DNA of 63,992 nt, filler included, from an uncultured Methanosarcinales archaeon (GCA_964385185.1; 4 parts of 4 records of this genome joined end to end with filler, not necessarily neighbours in it), one strand, 5' to 3'. Shown: positions 20,388 to 30,528, numbered from the whole stretch's first letter. Program-made: numbers and translations. The notes: generated by a model not told the origin, from the sequence alone.

Positions 20388-22151
20388 ATGAAATATAGAA
20401 CACATACCTGCAACCAATTAACAAAAGCTGATGTAGGTAATAAAGTAATCTTATCAGGTTGGAATTCTACAAGAAGAGATCATGGTGGATTAATATTCAT
20501 AGATTTAAGAGATAGATACGGTTTAACACAAGTATCATTTGATCCAACAAAAAACAAAGATGCACATGCAACAGCAGAAAAACTCTCCAGAGAAGATGTA
20601 ATCACAATCCAAGGAACCGTACAACCAAGACCTGACGGTATGACAAACAAGAACCTACAAACAGGAGAAATTGAAGTCATAGCAGAAAAATTAGAAATTT
20701 TCAGTAAAGCAACAACACCTCCTATCGAAGTTGATGACAGAGTCATTGCAAATGAAGAGACAAGACTCAAATACAGATATCTAGATCTAAGAAGACCAAC
20801 TATGATTAAGAACCTAGCATTTAGAGACAAATGTGCAATTGCAGCAAGATCATTCTTCCACCAAAACGATTTCCTAGAGATTGAAACACCTCTTTTAGTA
20901 AGGGCAACACCAGAAGGTGCAAGAGATTACGTCGTACCAAGCAGAACCGTTCCAGGAACTTTTTTCGCACTACCACAATCACCACAATTATACAAACAAA
21001 TTCTAATGGTTGCAGGAATGGATAAATATTTTCAATTTGCAAGATGCCTAAGAGACGAAGATTTACGTTCAGATAGACAACCGGAACATACACAAATGGA
21101 TCTAGAAATGTCATTTGTAACAGCAGAAGATATCATGGAATTCGTAGAAGGCTTATTCAAACATATCACAAAAGAAGCAGCAGGAATTGAAATTAAAGAA
21201 CCATTTGTAAAACTAACCTATGACGAATCCATGAAATTATACGGAACAGACAAACCTGACCTCAGATTCAAATTAGAATTAACAGACGTCACAGATATTG
21301 TAAAAGATTCAGATTTTCAAGTATTCCAAAACGTAGCAAAAGACGGCGGATTAATTAAGTGCATAAATCCAGAACAAGATCTTCCAAGAAAAGAAGTAGA
21401 TGCTTTAATAGATTTCTGCACACAAGCAGGAGCTAAAGGAATGGCTTGGATGAGAGTAACTAAAGACGGCCTAGAGTCAAACATTGCTAAATTCTTTGAC
21501 AAAGAAACACAAACAAAACTTATTGAAGCAACCCAAGCAAAAGAAGGATCCATGTTAATGTTTATAGCAGACAAACCTGCAACAACCAATGCAGTCTTAG
21601 CAGCATTAAGAAATCACTTAGGAGAAAAACTATCCTTAATCGCACCTAATCAATTTTCATACTGTTGGGTAACAGATTTTCCACTATTCGAATTCAATGA
21701 AGAAGAAAATAAATGGGATGCCTGTCATCACATTTTCTCAAGTCCAAAAAAAGAACATATTAAACACCTAGAAACAGATCCAGGAAAAGTATATGGAGAT
21801 CTATTTGACATTGTCCTAAACGGTACAGAAATGGGATCAGGATCTATTCGAATTTCACAGCCAGCTTTACAAAAGCAAATCATGAAAGTAATAGGTTTCG
21901 ACGAAAAAGAAGCAGAACATAAATTCGGATTCCTCCTCAACGCCTACAAGTACGGAGGACCACCTCATGGAGGAATGGGACTCGGTTTTGACAGATTAGT
22001 AGCAATGCTCCTAGGATATACAGACATTAGAGAAGTAATCACCTTCCCTAAAAACAAGAATGCTGAAAACCCTATGGATGGCTGCCCTTCAAACATCACA
22101 GAACAACAAGCTAAAGAATTATACTTAAAGTCAACAGTAGCCAAGAAATAA
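20388..22151 (+). CDS. aspS: Aspartyl-tRNA synthetase, bacterial type (probably non-discriminating)
   Basis: YRTHTC, RRDHGG, PQSPQLYKQ, GAD-like insert, PPHGGMGLGFDR; 587 aa. Confidence 0.93.
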   Translation: MKYRTHTCNQLTKADVGNKVILSGWNSTRRDHGGLIFIDLRDRYGLTQVSFDPTKNKDAHATAEKLSREDVITIQGTVQPRPDGMTNKNLQTGEIEVIAEKLEIFSKATTPPIEVDDRVIANEETRLKYRYLDLRRPTMIKNLAFRDKCAIAARSFFHQNDFLEIETPLLVRATPEGARDYVVPSRTVPGTFFALPQSPQLYKQILMVAGMDKYFQFARCLRDEDLRSDRQPEHTQMDLEMSFVTAEDIMEFVEGLFKHITKEAAGIEIKEPFVKLTYDESMKLYGTDKPDLRFKLELTDVTDIVKDSDFQVFQNVAKDGGLIKCINPEQDLPRKEVDALIDFCTQAGAKGMAWMRVTKDGLESNIAKFFDKETQTKLIEATQAKEGSMLMFIADKPATTNAVLAALRNHLGEKLSLIAPNQFSYCWVTDFPLFEFNEEENKWDACHHIFSSPKKEHIKHLETDPGKVYGDLFDIVLNGTEMGSGSIRISQPALQKQIMKVIGFDEKEAEHKFGFLLNAYKYGGPPHGGMGLGFDRLVAMLLGYTDIREVITFPKNKNAENPMDGCPSNITEQQAKELYLKSTVAKK

Positions 22152-22198
22152 TACTCTATCTACGCAAGCATTAAATACCACACAGCAACCTAAATCAT

Positions 22199-22873
22199 AT
22201 GCCAAAAATTTCAATAATTATACCAGCATTCAATGAAGAGAAATATATAGAGAAAACGATCCAAAAAATAAAAAAATCCACAATAAAAGATTATGAAATC
22301 ATAGTAGCACTAGACTCCTGTACCGATAATACAGAAAAAATAGTAAAAAAGCTCAATGTAAAATACATAAAAGTTAATGCAAGAAAAGCCAGTGCAGCAA
22401 GAAACGCAGGAGTAAAACTAGCAAGAGGAGAAATTTTAGTATTCTTAGACGCAGACACATTAATACCAAAAGAACTACTAGAAGAACTTCCTGAAACAAT
22501 GAAAACCTGCACTATAGCTACTTGCAAAGCAGAACCAGACGTTAAGAAATTCTTAACATCATTATTAATCAAAGCAAAAGATCTCGTTATTTCAATGGGA
22601 TTAATAAAAACATCAAATGGAATTATTATAACAACTAATAAAATATTCAATAAAGTCGGTGGATTCCCACTCCTACCCTATCATGAAGATGGTGTATTCA
22701 TTCGAGCCGCAGCAAAACTAGGAAAATTCACATTCTTAAGCAACCACATTGTAATCCAATCCATGAGAAGATACATCATCCTAGGGTACATCACCCCACT
22801 TTTATTCTGGGGCATAGAATGGGTTAAAGGATTGTTCAATAAACGATCTAAAATCTACCCTGCAGCAAGATAA
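22199..22873 (+). CDS. Glycosyltransferase family 2
   Basis: ISIIIPAFNEE, FLDAD, ED motif. Confidence 0.9.
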   Translation: MPKISIIIPAFNEEKYIEKTIQKIKKSTIKDYEIIVALDSCTDNTEKIVKKLNVKYIKVNARKASAARNAGVKLARGEILVFLDADTLIPKELLEELPETMKTCTIATCKAEPDVKKFLTSLLIKAKDLVISMGLIKTSNGIIITTNKIFNKVGGFPLLPYHEDGVFIRAAAKLGKFTFLSNHIVIQSMRRYIILGYITPLLFWGIEWVKGLFNKRSKIYPAAR

Positions 22874-22890
22874 TTTCTTCACAAGACAGT

Positions 22891-22973
22891 TACTGGACTG
22901 TGCACTTACATTTCCAGCTAATGGCTGGAAATGTAGAGGGGCAGGTGCTCTGTGAGCACCAAAAAGTCCAGTG
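22891..22973 (+). repeat. Structured intergenic element, copy B (three-way junction)
   Basis: Homologous to copy A with compensatory changes; GGTGCTC-TGT-GAGCACC. Confidence 0.85.
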
Positions 22974-23046
22974 CGGCCGTTATTAAGTCCAACGTTCCAA
23001 AATTCTAACCAAAACCTATTTATACATACATCAACCACTAAAGATT

Positions 23047-23331
23047 ATGAATGTAGACGAAGACTTACTAAGAAACGTTGCTAAACTAGCACGTCTAAAG
23101 TTAACAAAAGAGGAAACAATAACATTCTTACCACAATTAAATGAAGTCCTAGACGTTTTCTCAAAACTAGAAGAAGTCAACACAGATAACACTAAATCAA
23201 GCTTCCAACCAGTCCCTCTAAAAAATGCATTAAGAGAAGACAAACCAACAGTATGTAACACTCAAGAAGAAGTACTCAAACTAACTGATCACAAAAAAGA
23301 CGGCTACTTTAAAGGACCAAAGGCAGTATGA
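23047..23331 (+). CDS. gatC: Asp/Glu-tRNA amidotransferase subunit C
   Basis: VAKLARL, LRED, GYFKGP; precedes gatA. Confidence 0.92.
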   Translation: MNVDEDLLRNVAKLARLKLTKEETITFLPQLNEVLDVFSKLEEVNTDNTKSSFQPVPLKNALREDKPTVCNTQEEVLKLTDHKKDGYFKGPKAV

Positions 23332-24719
23332 TTTCAGAATTTATAAAAAAAATACAGTCAGGTGAAATCGACGTAGTTGAACATACAAATAAAGTCTTAG
23401 AGCAAACACATAATCTAAACAACGAATTCCATCACTTAAATATAATCTCAGAAGAATTAGCCCTATCACAAGCACATAAACTAAAAAAAGCACCTAAAGG
23501 AAGACTGGCAGGTCTACCCATCTCAGTCAAAGACTCCATAATAGTAAAAGACGTAGAAAGCCGTGGAGGTTCTAAAATACTCTCAGGCTACAAACCTTTA
23601 TTCAACGCAACAGTCATAAACAAACTCCAAGCAGAAGGAGCAATAATAATCGGAAAAAATGCTCAAGATGCTTTCGGATTTGGATCATTCTCAACTAATG
23701 TAGGTCTAGACCTCCAAACACCCTTAAATCCAAATGACAAAACACGAGCTTGTGGTGGTTCATCAGGAGGTTCTGCAGGATTAACAAAAGCAGCAACATT
23801 CCCTCACACATCACTTGGAGAATCAACAGGAGGTTCTATTGTAGCTCCCGCATCTTTTTGTGGAGTCTACGGTCTTTGTCCCACCTATGGAAGAATATCC
23901 AGAAACGGGTTAATGGCATACGGAAACTCACTAGACAAAATTGGCCCGATGGCAACTTCTCCAGAAGACTTAGCATTAATACTAGAAATCATCTCAGGCC
24001 ATGACAAATTAGAATCAACCTCTCTAAATAACCCAGTCCCAGACTTTACAAAGGAAATCACAAACACTACAAAACTCAAGGTAGGAATTATCTCAGAGAC
24101 GGTGGGAGAAGGAACAGACCCAGCCATAGCAGACAATATCCAAGCCATCGCATCAAAATTAAATGCCACAAAAGTTTCCCTCCCAACCACCCATAAATAT
24201 GGTGTACCCACATATATGCTCCTTGCAACTTCAGAAGCTTCAACAAATCTAGCAAAATACTGCGGAATGCGATACGGCCAACACGAAAAACTAGAAGGGT
24301 CGTTCAACGACTACTTCACTAAGGTAAGATCCAAATACTTCAACGAAGAAACTAAACGAAGAATTATAATTGGAACGTTTGCACGAATGGCAGGATTCAG
24401 AGACGCATTCTATCTAAAAGCTACAAAAGTAAGAACAAAAATCATAGAAGAATACAAAAAACTCTATAAAACCTACGACATCTTGATCAGCCCCACAATG
24501 CCTATTGTAGCTCCCACATTCAAAGAAATTGAGCAACTCACCCCTCTCCAAAATTACATGATGGACATAATGACAGTAGGGCCTAATCTTGCAGGACTCC
24601 CGCACATAAACATTCCATCAGGAACACATAACAACATGCCGATAGGACTCTTAGCAACTTCCAATCACTTAGAAGAATCTAAACTCTTACAATTAGCTCA
24701 TCAACTCAAAAATGGATAA
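23328..24719 (+). CDS. gatA: Asp/Glu-tRNA amidotransferase subunit A
   Basis: Amidase signature ISVKD, GGSSGGS, TGGS; SEASTNLAKY. Confidence 0.93.
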   Translation: MISEFIKKIQSGEIDVVEHTNKVLEQTHNLNNEFHHLNIISEELALSQAHKLKKAPKGRLAGLPISVKDSIIVKDVESRGGSKILSGYKPLFNATVINKLQAEGAIIIGKNAQDAFGFGSFSTNVGLDLQTPLNPNDKTRACGGSSGGSAGLTKAATFPHTSLGESTGGSIVAPASFCGVYGLCPTYGRISRNGLMAYGNSLDKIGPMATSPEDLALILEIISGHDKLESTSLNNPVPDFTKEITNTTKLKVGIISETVGEGTDPAIADNIQAIASKLNATKVSLPTTHKYGVPTYMLLATSEASTNLAKYCGMRYGQHEKLEGSFNDYFTKVRSKYFNEETKRRIIIGTFARMAGFRDAFYLKATKVRTKIIEEYKKLYKTYDILISPTMPIVAPTFKEIEQLTPLQNYMMDIMTVGPNLAGLPHINIPSGTHNNMPIGLLATSNHLEESKLLQLAHQLKNG

Positions 24720-26077
24720 CAAAATTAAAATTGGCTTAGAAATCCACGTCCAACTAAACACAGTTACCAAACTATTCTGTGGGTGTCCTACTCAAGGAGA
24801 AGACACTCCAAATACAAGAACGTGTCCAATCTGCCTTGGCCATCCAGGATCAAGACCTGTCCTAAACAAAGCAGCCGTCGATTTTGCATTAAAAATGTGC
24901 TTAGCAACAGATTGCAAAATATCCAAAGAACTTATCTTCTCTAGAAAATCATATTTCTATCCAGACATGTCAAAAAATTATCAAATTACACAATACGAAA
25001 TACCTTTAGGAGAAAAAGGAAAAATAACATTAAATAACAAAACAATCAACTTAACAAGAATTCATATGGAAGAAGATCCAGCAGCCTTAGTTCATCAAGG
25101 AGATATGGCAACCTCTCCATTTGTCTTAGTAGACTACAACCGTTCTGGAAACCCGTTAATAGAAATTGTAACAGAACCCGACATGAACTCAGCAAAAGAA
25201 GCAAGAGCATTTATGAACAAATTAATCACCATCTTAGAATATCTAGAAATTTTTGACATTAACACCTGCATAATAAAAGCAGATGTAAATGTATCCATCC
25301 AACCACATAAAAGAGTTGAAATAAAAAACGTTACAGGATTTAAAGAGATTCAAAAAGCAATTGAATACGAACTCAAACGACAAGAAGACCCTGCAACACA
25401 TGAGGAAAATATTCACACAAGAAATTGGGACTCTGACCAAGCAATTTCTTCAAAATTAAGAGAAAAAGAATCCGAAGAAGAATACGGATATATTATCGAC
25501 CCAGACTTAACAATTACAGACATAACAGCTGACATGATAAAAAAGACAAAGGAACACATGCCAGAACTAGCTGAATCAAAAATTGCAAAATTCCAGGAAA
25601 AACTCAACATAGCAGAAGACGATGCCAAAATAATTGCAACAGATAAATCCATGGCAGAACTCCTAGAAAGAGTAGCAAAAGTCATCGATCCAGTCCTCGC
25701 CGGAAAATGGATTAGAAGAGAGCTAAACCGTGTCTTAAATTATAATAAAAAATCACTAAAAGAAATTTCTTTAGATGAACCAAACTTCATCAAACTCTTA
25801 AAATTAATCGAAAAGAAAACAATAACAGACTCCACAGCCCAAAAACTCCTAGAAATATTCATAACAAAACCTTTTGATCCAGAAGTCTACGTCAAAGAGC
25901 AAGGCCTTGAAGCAGTCTCAGACTCCTCCCAAATTGAAGAATTCGCAGAAGAAGCAGTGAAGGAAAACCCAGAAGCAGTACAAGATTACAAGAGTGGAAA
26001 CGAAAAGGCCCTCCATTTCATAGTGGGACAAGTAATGAGAAAATCCAAAGGCCAAGCCACACCTGCTGAAGTGAATG
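24712..26077 (+). CDS. gatB: Asp/Glu-tRNA amidotransferase subunit B (3' end cut by contig end)
   Basis: IGLEIHVQL, YFYPD, HMEED, DYNRSGNPLIEIVTEPD, GQVMRKSKG. Confidence 0.95.
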
Positions 26078-26177
26078 NNNNNNNNNNNNNNNNNNNNNNN
26101 NNNNNNNNNNNNNNNNNNNNNTTAATTAATTAANNNNNNNNNNNNNNNNNNNNNNNNNNNNNNNNNNNNNNNNNNNN
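26078..26177. other. Artificial contig-joining linker
   Basis: N-run + TTAATTAATTAA (stops in all frames) + N-run, 100 nt. Confidence 0.95.
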
Positions 26178-26222
26178 TTTAGCAGACTAGATATATGTTA
26201 ATTTGGGCTCTAAAAAAATTGG

Positions 26223-26270
26223 ATTTAACATGTATTAAGCGTAATTTTATTACGTTTAATACTGTAATAT
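26223..26270 (-). other. Candidate att recombination site (GTTAAAT core plus imperfect hairpin)
   Basis: Minus-strand GTTAAAT fits GTTRRRY; 16-bp imperfect hairpin 26228-26265 with one extrahelical base. Confidence 0.45.
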
Positions 26271-26317
26271 GCCATAAAATACGTAATTTTATATAATCAC
26301 TATGTTTTTATTATATC

Positions 26318-27139
26318 ATGGATAGACTGGATAACACCGAAACTGAGATTGAGGATATTATCGTTCAAGAGTGTAAGCTCAAAGGATATTCACAAAAGAC
26401 GATAAATACTTATCTGCACCACATTAAGAAATTTGTACTTTCTGAAAAAACACCAAGAGAATTCCTTCTTGGATTGATTGCGAAAGATAATTCTGATGAA
26501 ACAGTTAGATCTGCAAGTTTTGCAATTAAATTCTATCTAAATACTATAAAAAAGGAGAGTTCAGAAATTCAAGACGTTCTAGATAATTTACCAAATGTAA
26601 AAAGAGAAAAGAAACTTCCAGTAATACTTTCAAAAGAAGAAATTGAAAGACTTATATCATCTACAAAAAATATGAATCATAGGCTAATTATTCAGATAGG
26701 ATACTCAGCAGGTCTGCGAATCAGCGAGATAATAAACCTTAAATGGCAGGATGTGGATTTTGACAGAAACCTGATTCATTTGAAAAGAGCAAAAGGAAAA
26801 AAAGACAGAATTGTTATGCTCTCTTTGAAAGTTAAAGAGGGTTTAATGAATCTGACGCCCAATAAAGAAGGATATATCTTCTTGACAAATAGAGGCGGAA
26901 AATACACACAAAGAACAATACAGAAAATCATTAAGAACGCAGCTATAAATGTAAGCATAAGAAAGAATGTGACCCCTCACACATTAAGACATTCTTTTGC
27001 AACTCATCTATTGGAAAATGGAACAGATATACGATACATTAGGGATTTATTAGGACATTCAGATATTAGTACCACACTAATATATACAAAAGTTTCAAAC
27101 AAGAATATTTGCAACATTAAAAGTCCGTTGGATGGTTAA
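26318..27139 (+). CDS. Tyrosine recombinase, IntI/Xer-like (SPLD C-terminus, no IntI insertion)
   Basis: GYSQKTINTY, KLPVILSKEE, GLRISE, KGKKDR, HTLRHSFATHLLE, LGH..TTLIY, KSPLD. Confidence 0.92.
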   Translation: MDRLDNTETEIEDIIVQECKLKGYSQKTINTYLHHIKKFVLSEKTPREFLLGLIAKDNSDETVRSASFAIKFYLNTIKKESSEIQDVLDNLPNVKREKKLPVILSKEEIERLISSTKNMNHRLIIQIGYSAGLRISEIINLKWQDVDFDRNLIHLKRAKGKKDRIVMLSLKVKEGLMNLTPNKEGYIFLTNRGGKYTQRTIQKIIKNAAINVSIRKNVTPHTLRHSFATHLLENGTDIRYIRDLLGHSDISTTLIYTKVSNKNICNIKSPLDG

Positions 27140-27786
27140 TATTTCACAACAAACATCATATGATCTTTTTGGAAGGGTTCTAGGTCTTTTTTGTCAACTA
27201 TGGTAACATGTTTTTCTAATTCAGCTTGTACTCTGTTAAATATTTTCTTTGGTGAAGCTGTAACGTCTATTGATCTTGCTTTGACTGCTAGAAATGCAAA
27301 GTTTCCTTTTGGGAGAAATGCTTTAATATTTTTTAGGAAAATTTCTACTTGATTCTTTTGCGCTAAATCTTGGTAAATGATATCTGGTGTGCAGATTCTT
27401 TTACTTAATGATTTAATATTGCTTGCTGACTCTAAGATGGGGCAGATGTTTGGTCTTTTTTCAGCCAAGAAAACAAGTTCTCTTGTCACTCTTGGTGCTA
27501 AGTCTACTCCGAAAATTAATCCTTCTGTTAACATGTCTGACAGGTGTGAGATTGTCGTTCCTGTTGATGCTCCTAAGTAGAGTATTACTGAGGATTTTGT
27601 GATATAAATATTTTTAGCTCCTTTTTTTATGTAGGCTGATAGTTTAGATTTGTATGGATTCCAATCTCGATAGATTGTTCCTTTTTCTTTATACTGTCTT
27701 TCATCGTAGACATGACCGGGAACAATAGCTTTTGTATAGATTCCTCTATGATCTTCATAGATTTCGTATAATCTTGATGATTTCAT
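27136..27786 (-). CDS. flpA: Fibrillarin-like rRNA 2'-O-methyltransferase
   Basis: WNPYKSKL, LYLGASTGTTISHLSD, KARSID. Confidence 0.93.
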   Translation of the reverse strand: MKSSRLYEIYEDHRGIYTKAIVPGHVYDERQYKEKGTIYRDWNPYKSKLSAYIKKGAKNIYITKSSVILYLGASTGTTISHLSDMLTEGLIFGVDLAPRVTRELVFLAEKRPNICPILESASNIKSLSKRICTPDIIYQDLAQKNQVEIFLKNIKAFLPKGNFAFLAVKARSIDVTASPKKIFNRVQAELEKHVTIVDKKDLEPFQKDHMMFVVKY

Positions 27787-28658
27787 CCGAATCTTTTCTC
27801 CAATTTATCTTTTATTTTATCTGCGATGTATTCTCCTTTGAAATAATCGACTTTAGCTGCAATTGCAATTTTGTCTGCTACCGCTCTAGCAACTTTTCCT
27901 CTCATACTTGCTTTTGATTTTAATACTAAAGGATGTTCATGAAGAAAACCATATTTTGGGGAGTTAGCTCCTGTCTTTAGGTGTCTGAACAGAGCTTCTT
28001 CTGCTCCTAATAATTGGATAGTTGATGAGGGAAATTCTGAGAGGTGTTTTAGCGAACCTGCTTGATGCAGAAGTTTAGCTCCTACAAGAGGTGTTGCAAT
28101 CGTAGCAACGTTCCTACAATGTCTTTCCATTAAGGTTTGTAAATACGTTTCTTGGAAACTGATAAATTGGAATAAAGATGATATTTGTTTAGCTAAGTCG
28201 AAGATAGGAGTTAGGTCAGATTTATCTAGGTCTGCACCCATACTATCTGTTTTTTTAAGGTAGGCTAAAATGTCCTTCTTGGATTTTTCTAAGACTAAAT
28301 CTGTAAAGTGGTGGTGATCTTCTGTCTTTAATTCAGGAAGATAGAGACCATACCATTCTCTCAATCTTTTTGCTAGGGTGTTTATAGATTTCTTTGTATC
28401 ATCTATTGCAGAACTTGATTGAATAATTAATTGATCATCTGATACAGAAGATTTTACTTGGCTCTTTGTGAGTTCGATATTCTTTTGCCTAAAATCCTTG
28501 AAGTATTGCCTATTTTTGAAAGGGAGAATTGCTTTTGAGATATCTGGTTCAGTAACGTTTGTGGTAAATTCTTCAGCTTTTGCTCCTTCGAATAGGACAT
28601 TGTACTGATTATCTAGGATAAATGTGCCTAGAATATTCTTTTGCTTGAATTTTACCAT
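27783..28658 (-). CDS. nop5: Nop5/Nop56 C/D-box RNP protein
   Basis: RLREWY, PSSTIQLLGAEEALFRHL, PKYG. Confidence 0.92.
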   Translation of the reverse strand: MVKFKQKNILGTFILDNQYNVLFEGAKAEEFTTNVTEPDISKAILPFKNRQYFKDFRQKNIELTKSQVKSSVSDDQLIIQSSSAIDDTKKSINTLAKRLREWYGLYLPELKTEDHHHFTDLVLEKSKKDILAYLKKTDSMGADLDKSDLTPIFDLAKQISSLFQFISFQETYLQTLMERHCRNVATIATPLVGAKLLHQAGSLKHLSEFPSSTIQLLGAEEALFRHLKTGANSPKYGFLHEHPLVLKSKASMRGKVARAVADKIAIAAKVDYFKGEYIADKIKDKLEKRFG

Positions 28659-28690
28659 GAAATTGGGAGTAGAATGGAGTATAAAAACAT

Positions 28691-28927
28691 TTACTTATTG
28701 AGTTCACGGCCGCCAATGACCAAGAGATATGCTCCCAAGGCTGAAAGAATTGCTCCTGGGGTGATATAGAGGAAAGCTTCTTTGTTATCCATAAGGTGAT
28801 ACTCATGGCCATGGTTGTCATCATGTGAGGTATCTAATTTATGATGGATAACATCAGGGATGTGGAGGACGATGAGCCCTACAAATAAGAGAATGATTCC
28901 AATGTTGAATTTATTAATAGAAAACAT
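28691..28927 (-). CDS. Small His-rich 2-TM hypothetical protein
   Basis: MFSINKF start; two hydrophobic segments around a His-rich loop. Confidence 0.45.
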   Translation of the reverse strand: MFSINKFNIGIILLFVGLIVLHIPDVIHHKLDTSHDDNHGHEYHLMDNKEAFLYITPGAILSALGAYLLVIGGRELNK

Positions 28928-28943
28928 AAAAAAAGAAAAAAAT

Positions 28944-29339
28944 TTACTGAGCAGGTGGCTCAGCAGGAGCTTCTGCAACAGGGGCAGGTGAAGATCCAGC
29001 GGATCTTGCTACCATTACTGCGATAACTCCTAGTACTAGATGTAGCACTGTAATTGCCAGATTAATATTCAATAGACTCAATAGTAAATCTTTTACTACT
29101 GGAATAAATCCTAAAATTCCTAGCGCAACAGCAATCCATCCGATTACTTTGTTGTATGTTACTCCTTCTCCTTTTGTTCCTGCATAGATTCCAATTGCTC
29201 CTGCGATAATATGCAGAACGCTTTGGAAAGCATTCACTCCGAAGATACCAAGGATTGAATCAGTAAAGAATCCCCAGACACCTATTAGAGCTAGTACGAT
29301 TCCAACAATCAATGCGAACATTTTTTGTGTATTTGCCAT
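28944..29339 (-). CDS. DUF4383-like membrane protein
   Basis: Two repeats of G-x-x-G-F...N...x-L-H; SD GAGGTG. Confidence 0.7.
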   Translation of the reverse strand: MANTQKMFALIVGIVLALIGVWGFFTDSILGIFGVNAFQSVLHIIAGAIGIYAGTKGEGVTYNKVIGWIAVALGILGFIPVVKDLLLSLLNINLAITVLHLVLGVIAVMVARSAGSSPAPVAEAPAEPPAQ

Positions 29340-29461
29340 AAAAGCACCTCGTTATTTATGTTTTTAAGTGCTTTTGAAAGTTTAAATAGTTTTTGCTTGT
29401 CCAGCAGTTGTTTTGACGTGAAATGGAAATATATTTAAACCAGTTGTTTCCTTCTTTTAAA

Positions 29462-29764
29462 ATGGAGCTTACTTATATTACGTGCAAAGACATCGCTGAA
29501 GCCAAAAAAATTTCTAAAAAATTGCTTGATGAAAAGTTAATTGCTTGTAGTAATATGTTTCCTATTTCTTCGATGTTTCATTGGAAAGGGAAGCTTGTTG
29601 AAGAAGATGAGGTTGTTCTTCTATGCAAGAGTTCTAGAACTGAGTTTCAGTCCCTTATTAAAGTGGTAGAGGGAATGCATAGTTATGACATTCCTTGTAT
29701 TGAAAGGATTTCCTCTGAGGGAAGTGAGAAGTTTGAACAATGGGTTAGAAAGGAGGTTGCATGA
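29462..29764 (+). CDS. cutA: Divalent cation tolerance protein CutA
   Basis: KLIACSN, SMFHWKG, HSYDIPCI. Confidence 0.9.
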   Translation: MELTYITCKDIAEAKKISKKLLDEKLIACSNMFPISSMFHWKGKLVEEDEVVLLCKSSRTEFQSLIKVVEGMHSYDIPCIERISSEGSEKFEQWVRKEVA

Positions 29765-30027
29765 AAGATCACATTTTTTCTGAAATAGATCAAAAATTAC
29801 ATTGTTTGTATTGTAATAGTGAGAATGATGGCAAGTGGAGTAAACAACATCATGACAGCCATCTTTATGATACTCATGTCTGTCAATGTGGGGCTGAGAA
29901 TAGGATCACTACGCATGATCATGGCTCTGGCCATGATGATACTGGAGTTAATGAAGGTGAAACAGCTGGTACTATTATAGAACTTGAGAATATTGTTTCT
30001 AAAATTCAGAATCAAATAAAAAAATAA
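29761..30027 (+). CDS. Small Cys/His-rich putative metal-binding protein
   Basis: CLYC..CQCG..GSGHD; SD GGAGG; overlaps the cutA stop. Confidence 0.6.
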   Translation: MKDHIFSEIDQKLHCLYCNSENDGKWSKQHHDSHLYDTHVCQCGAENRITTHDHGSGHDDTGVNEGETAGTIIELENIVSKIQNQIKK

Positions 30028-30033
30028 AAAAAA

Positions 30034-30063
30034 TTAATTACATCCGCAGTCTTCGTCTCCCAT
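30034..30063 (-). CDS. Putative 9-aa micropeptide MGDEDCGCN
   Basis: Perfect SD GGAGGTGA 6 nt upstream of ATG; followed by a T-rich terminator-like tract. Confidence 0.4.
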   Translation of the reverse strand: MGDEDCGCN

Positions 30064-30065
30064 GT

Positions 30066-30398
30066 TTATTCACCTCCAGACATAAATGTCTTCTTCAAAG
30101 TTTCTTTGCCTTCTTCACACTTAGCTTTTCCTGCCATCATGTGTTGATGTTTTTCAATAGATATTTTTGCAACAACTGATGCAATTTCATCCATCTTAGG
30201 TCCCATAGTTTTTTCAAATTCAGCTTCTAGCTTTCTTCTGAATAGACTTTCCCATGCTTTTTCAGCTTGGCACATCATTTTGTCTGTCATTTCACAGCCA
30301 GATTTTGGACCACAGTCTTTTGGTGCGCAGTTTTTTGGACCGCATCCACATTTTCCTTGGTTACATCCGCAACCACTTTTATTTTCGTTACAACTCAT
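30066..30398 (-). CDS. Small protein with metallothionein-like Cys-rich N-terminus
   Basis: MSCNENKSGCGCNQGKCGCGPKNCAPKDCGPKSGC then helical part; SD GGAGG. Confidence 0.7.
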   Translation of the reverse strand: MSCNENKSGCGCNQGKCGCGPKNCAPKDCGPKSGCEMTDKMMCQAEKAWESLFRRKLEAEFEKTMGPKMDEIASVVAKISIEKHQHMMAGKAKCEEGKETLKKTFMSGGE

Positions 30399-30458
30399 TT
30401 TTTTTCCTCCTTCCACAACATTTATATACTTGTCGTGGTTATTTGTTATATACTAAGT

Positions 30459-30477
30459 TTATTACAAAAGGTAATAA
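30459..30477. promoter_or_regulatory. Inverted-repeat operator candidate for the HxlR regulator
   Basis: TTATTAC-AAAAG-GTAATAA between divergent promoters. Confidence 0.45.
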
Positions 30478-30528
30478 GTATAGGTACTATATAAAGAGTT
30501 TGTAACTGAAATGTTACAAGGTAAACAA

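Noticed and set aside
26122..26133. TTAATTAATTAA palindrome repeated three times in the window
   Set aside because: Always centred in a 100-nt N block; a synthetic contig linker. Adjacency across linkers has no biological meaning.
24712..26133. gatB as truncated pseudogene or as integration target of the integrase
   Set aside because: It is cut by the contig end; the integrase is on a different contig.
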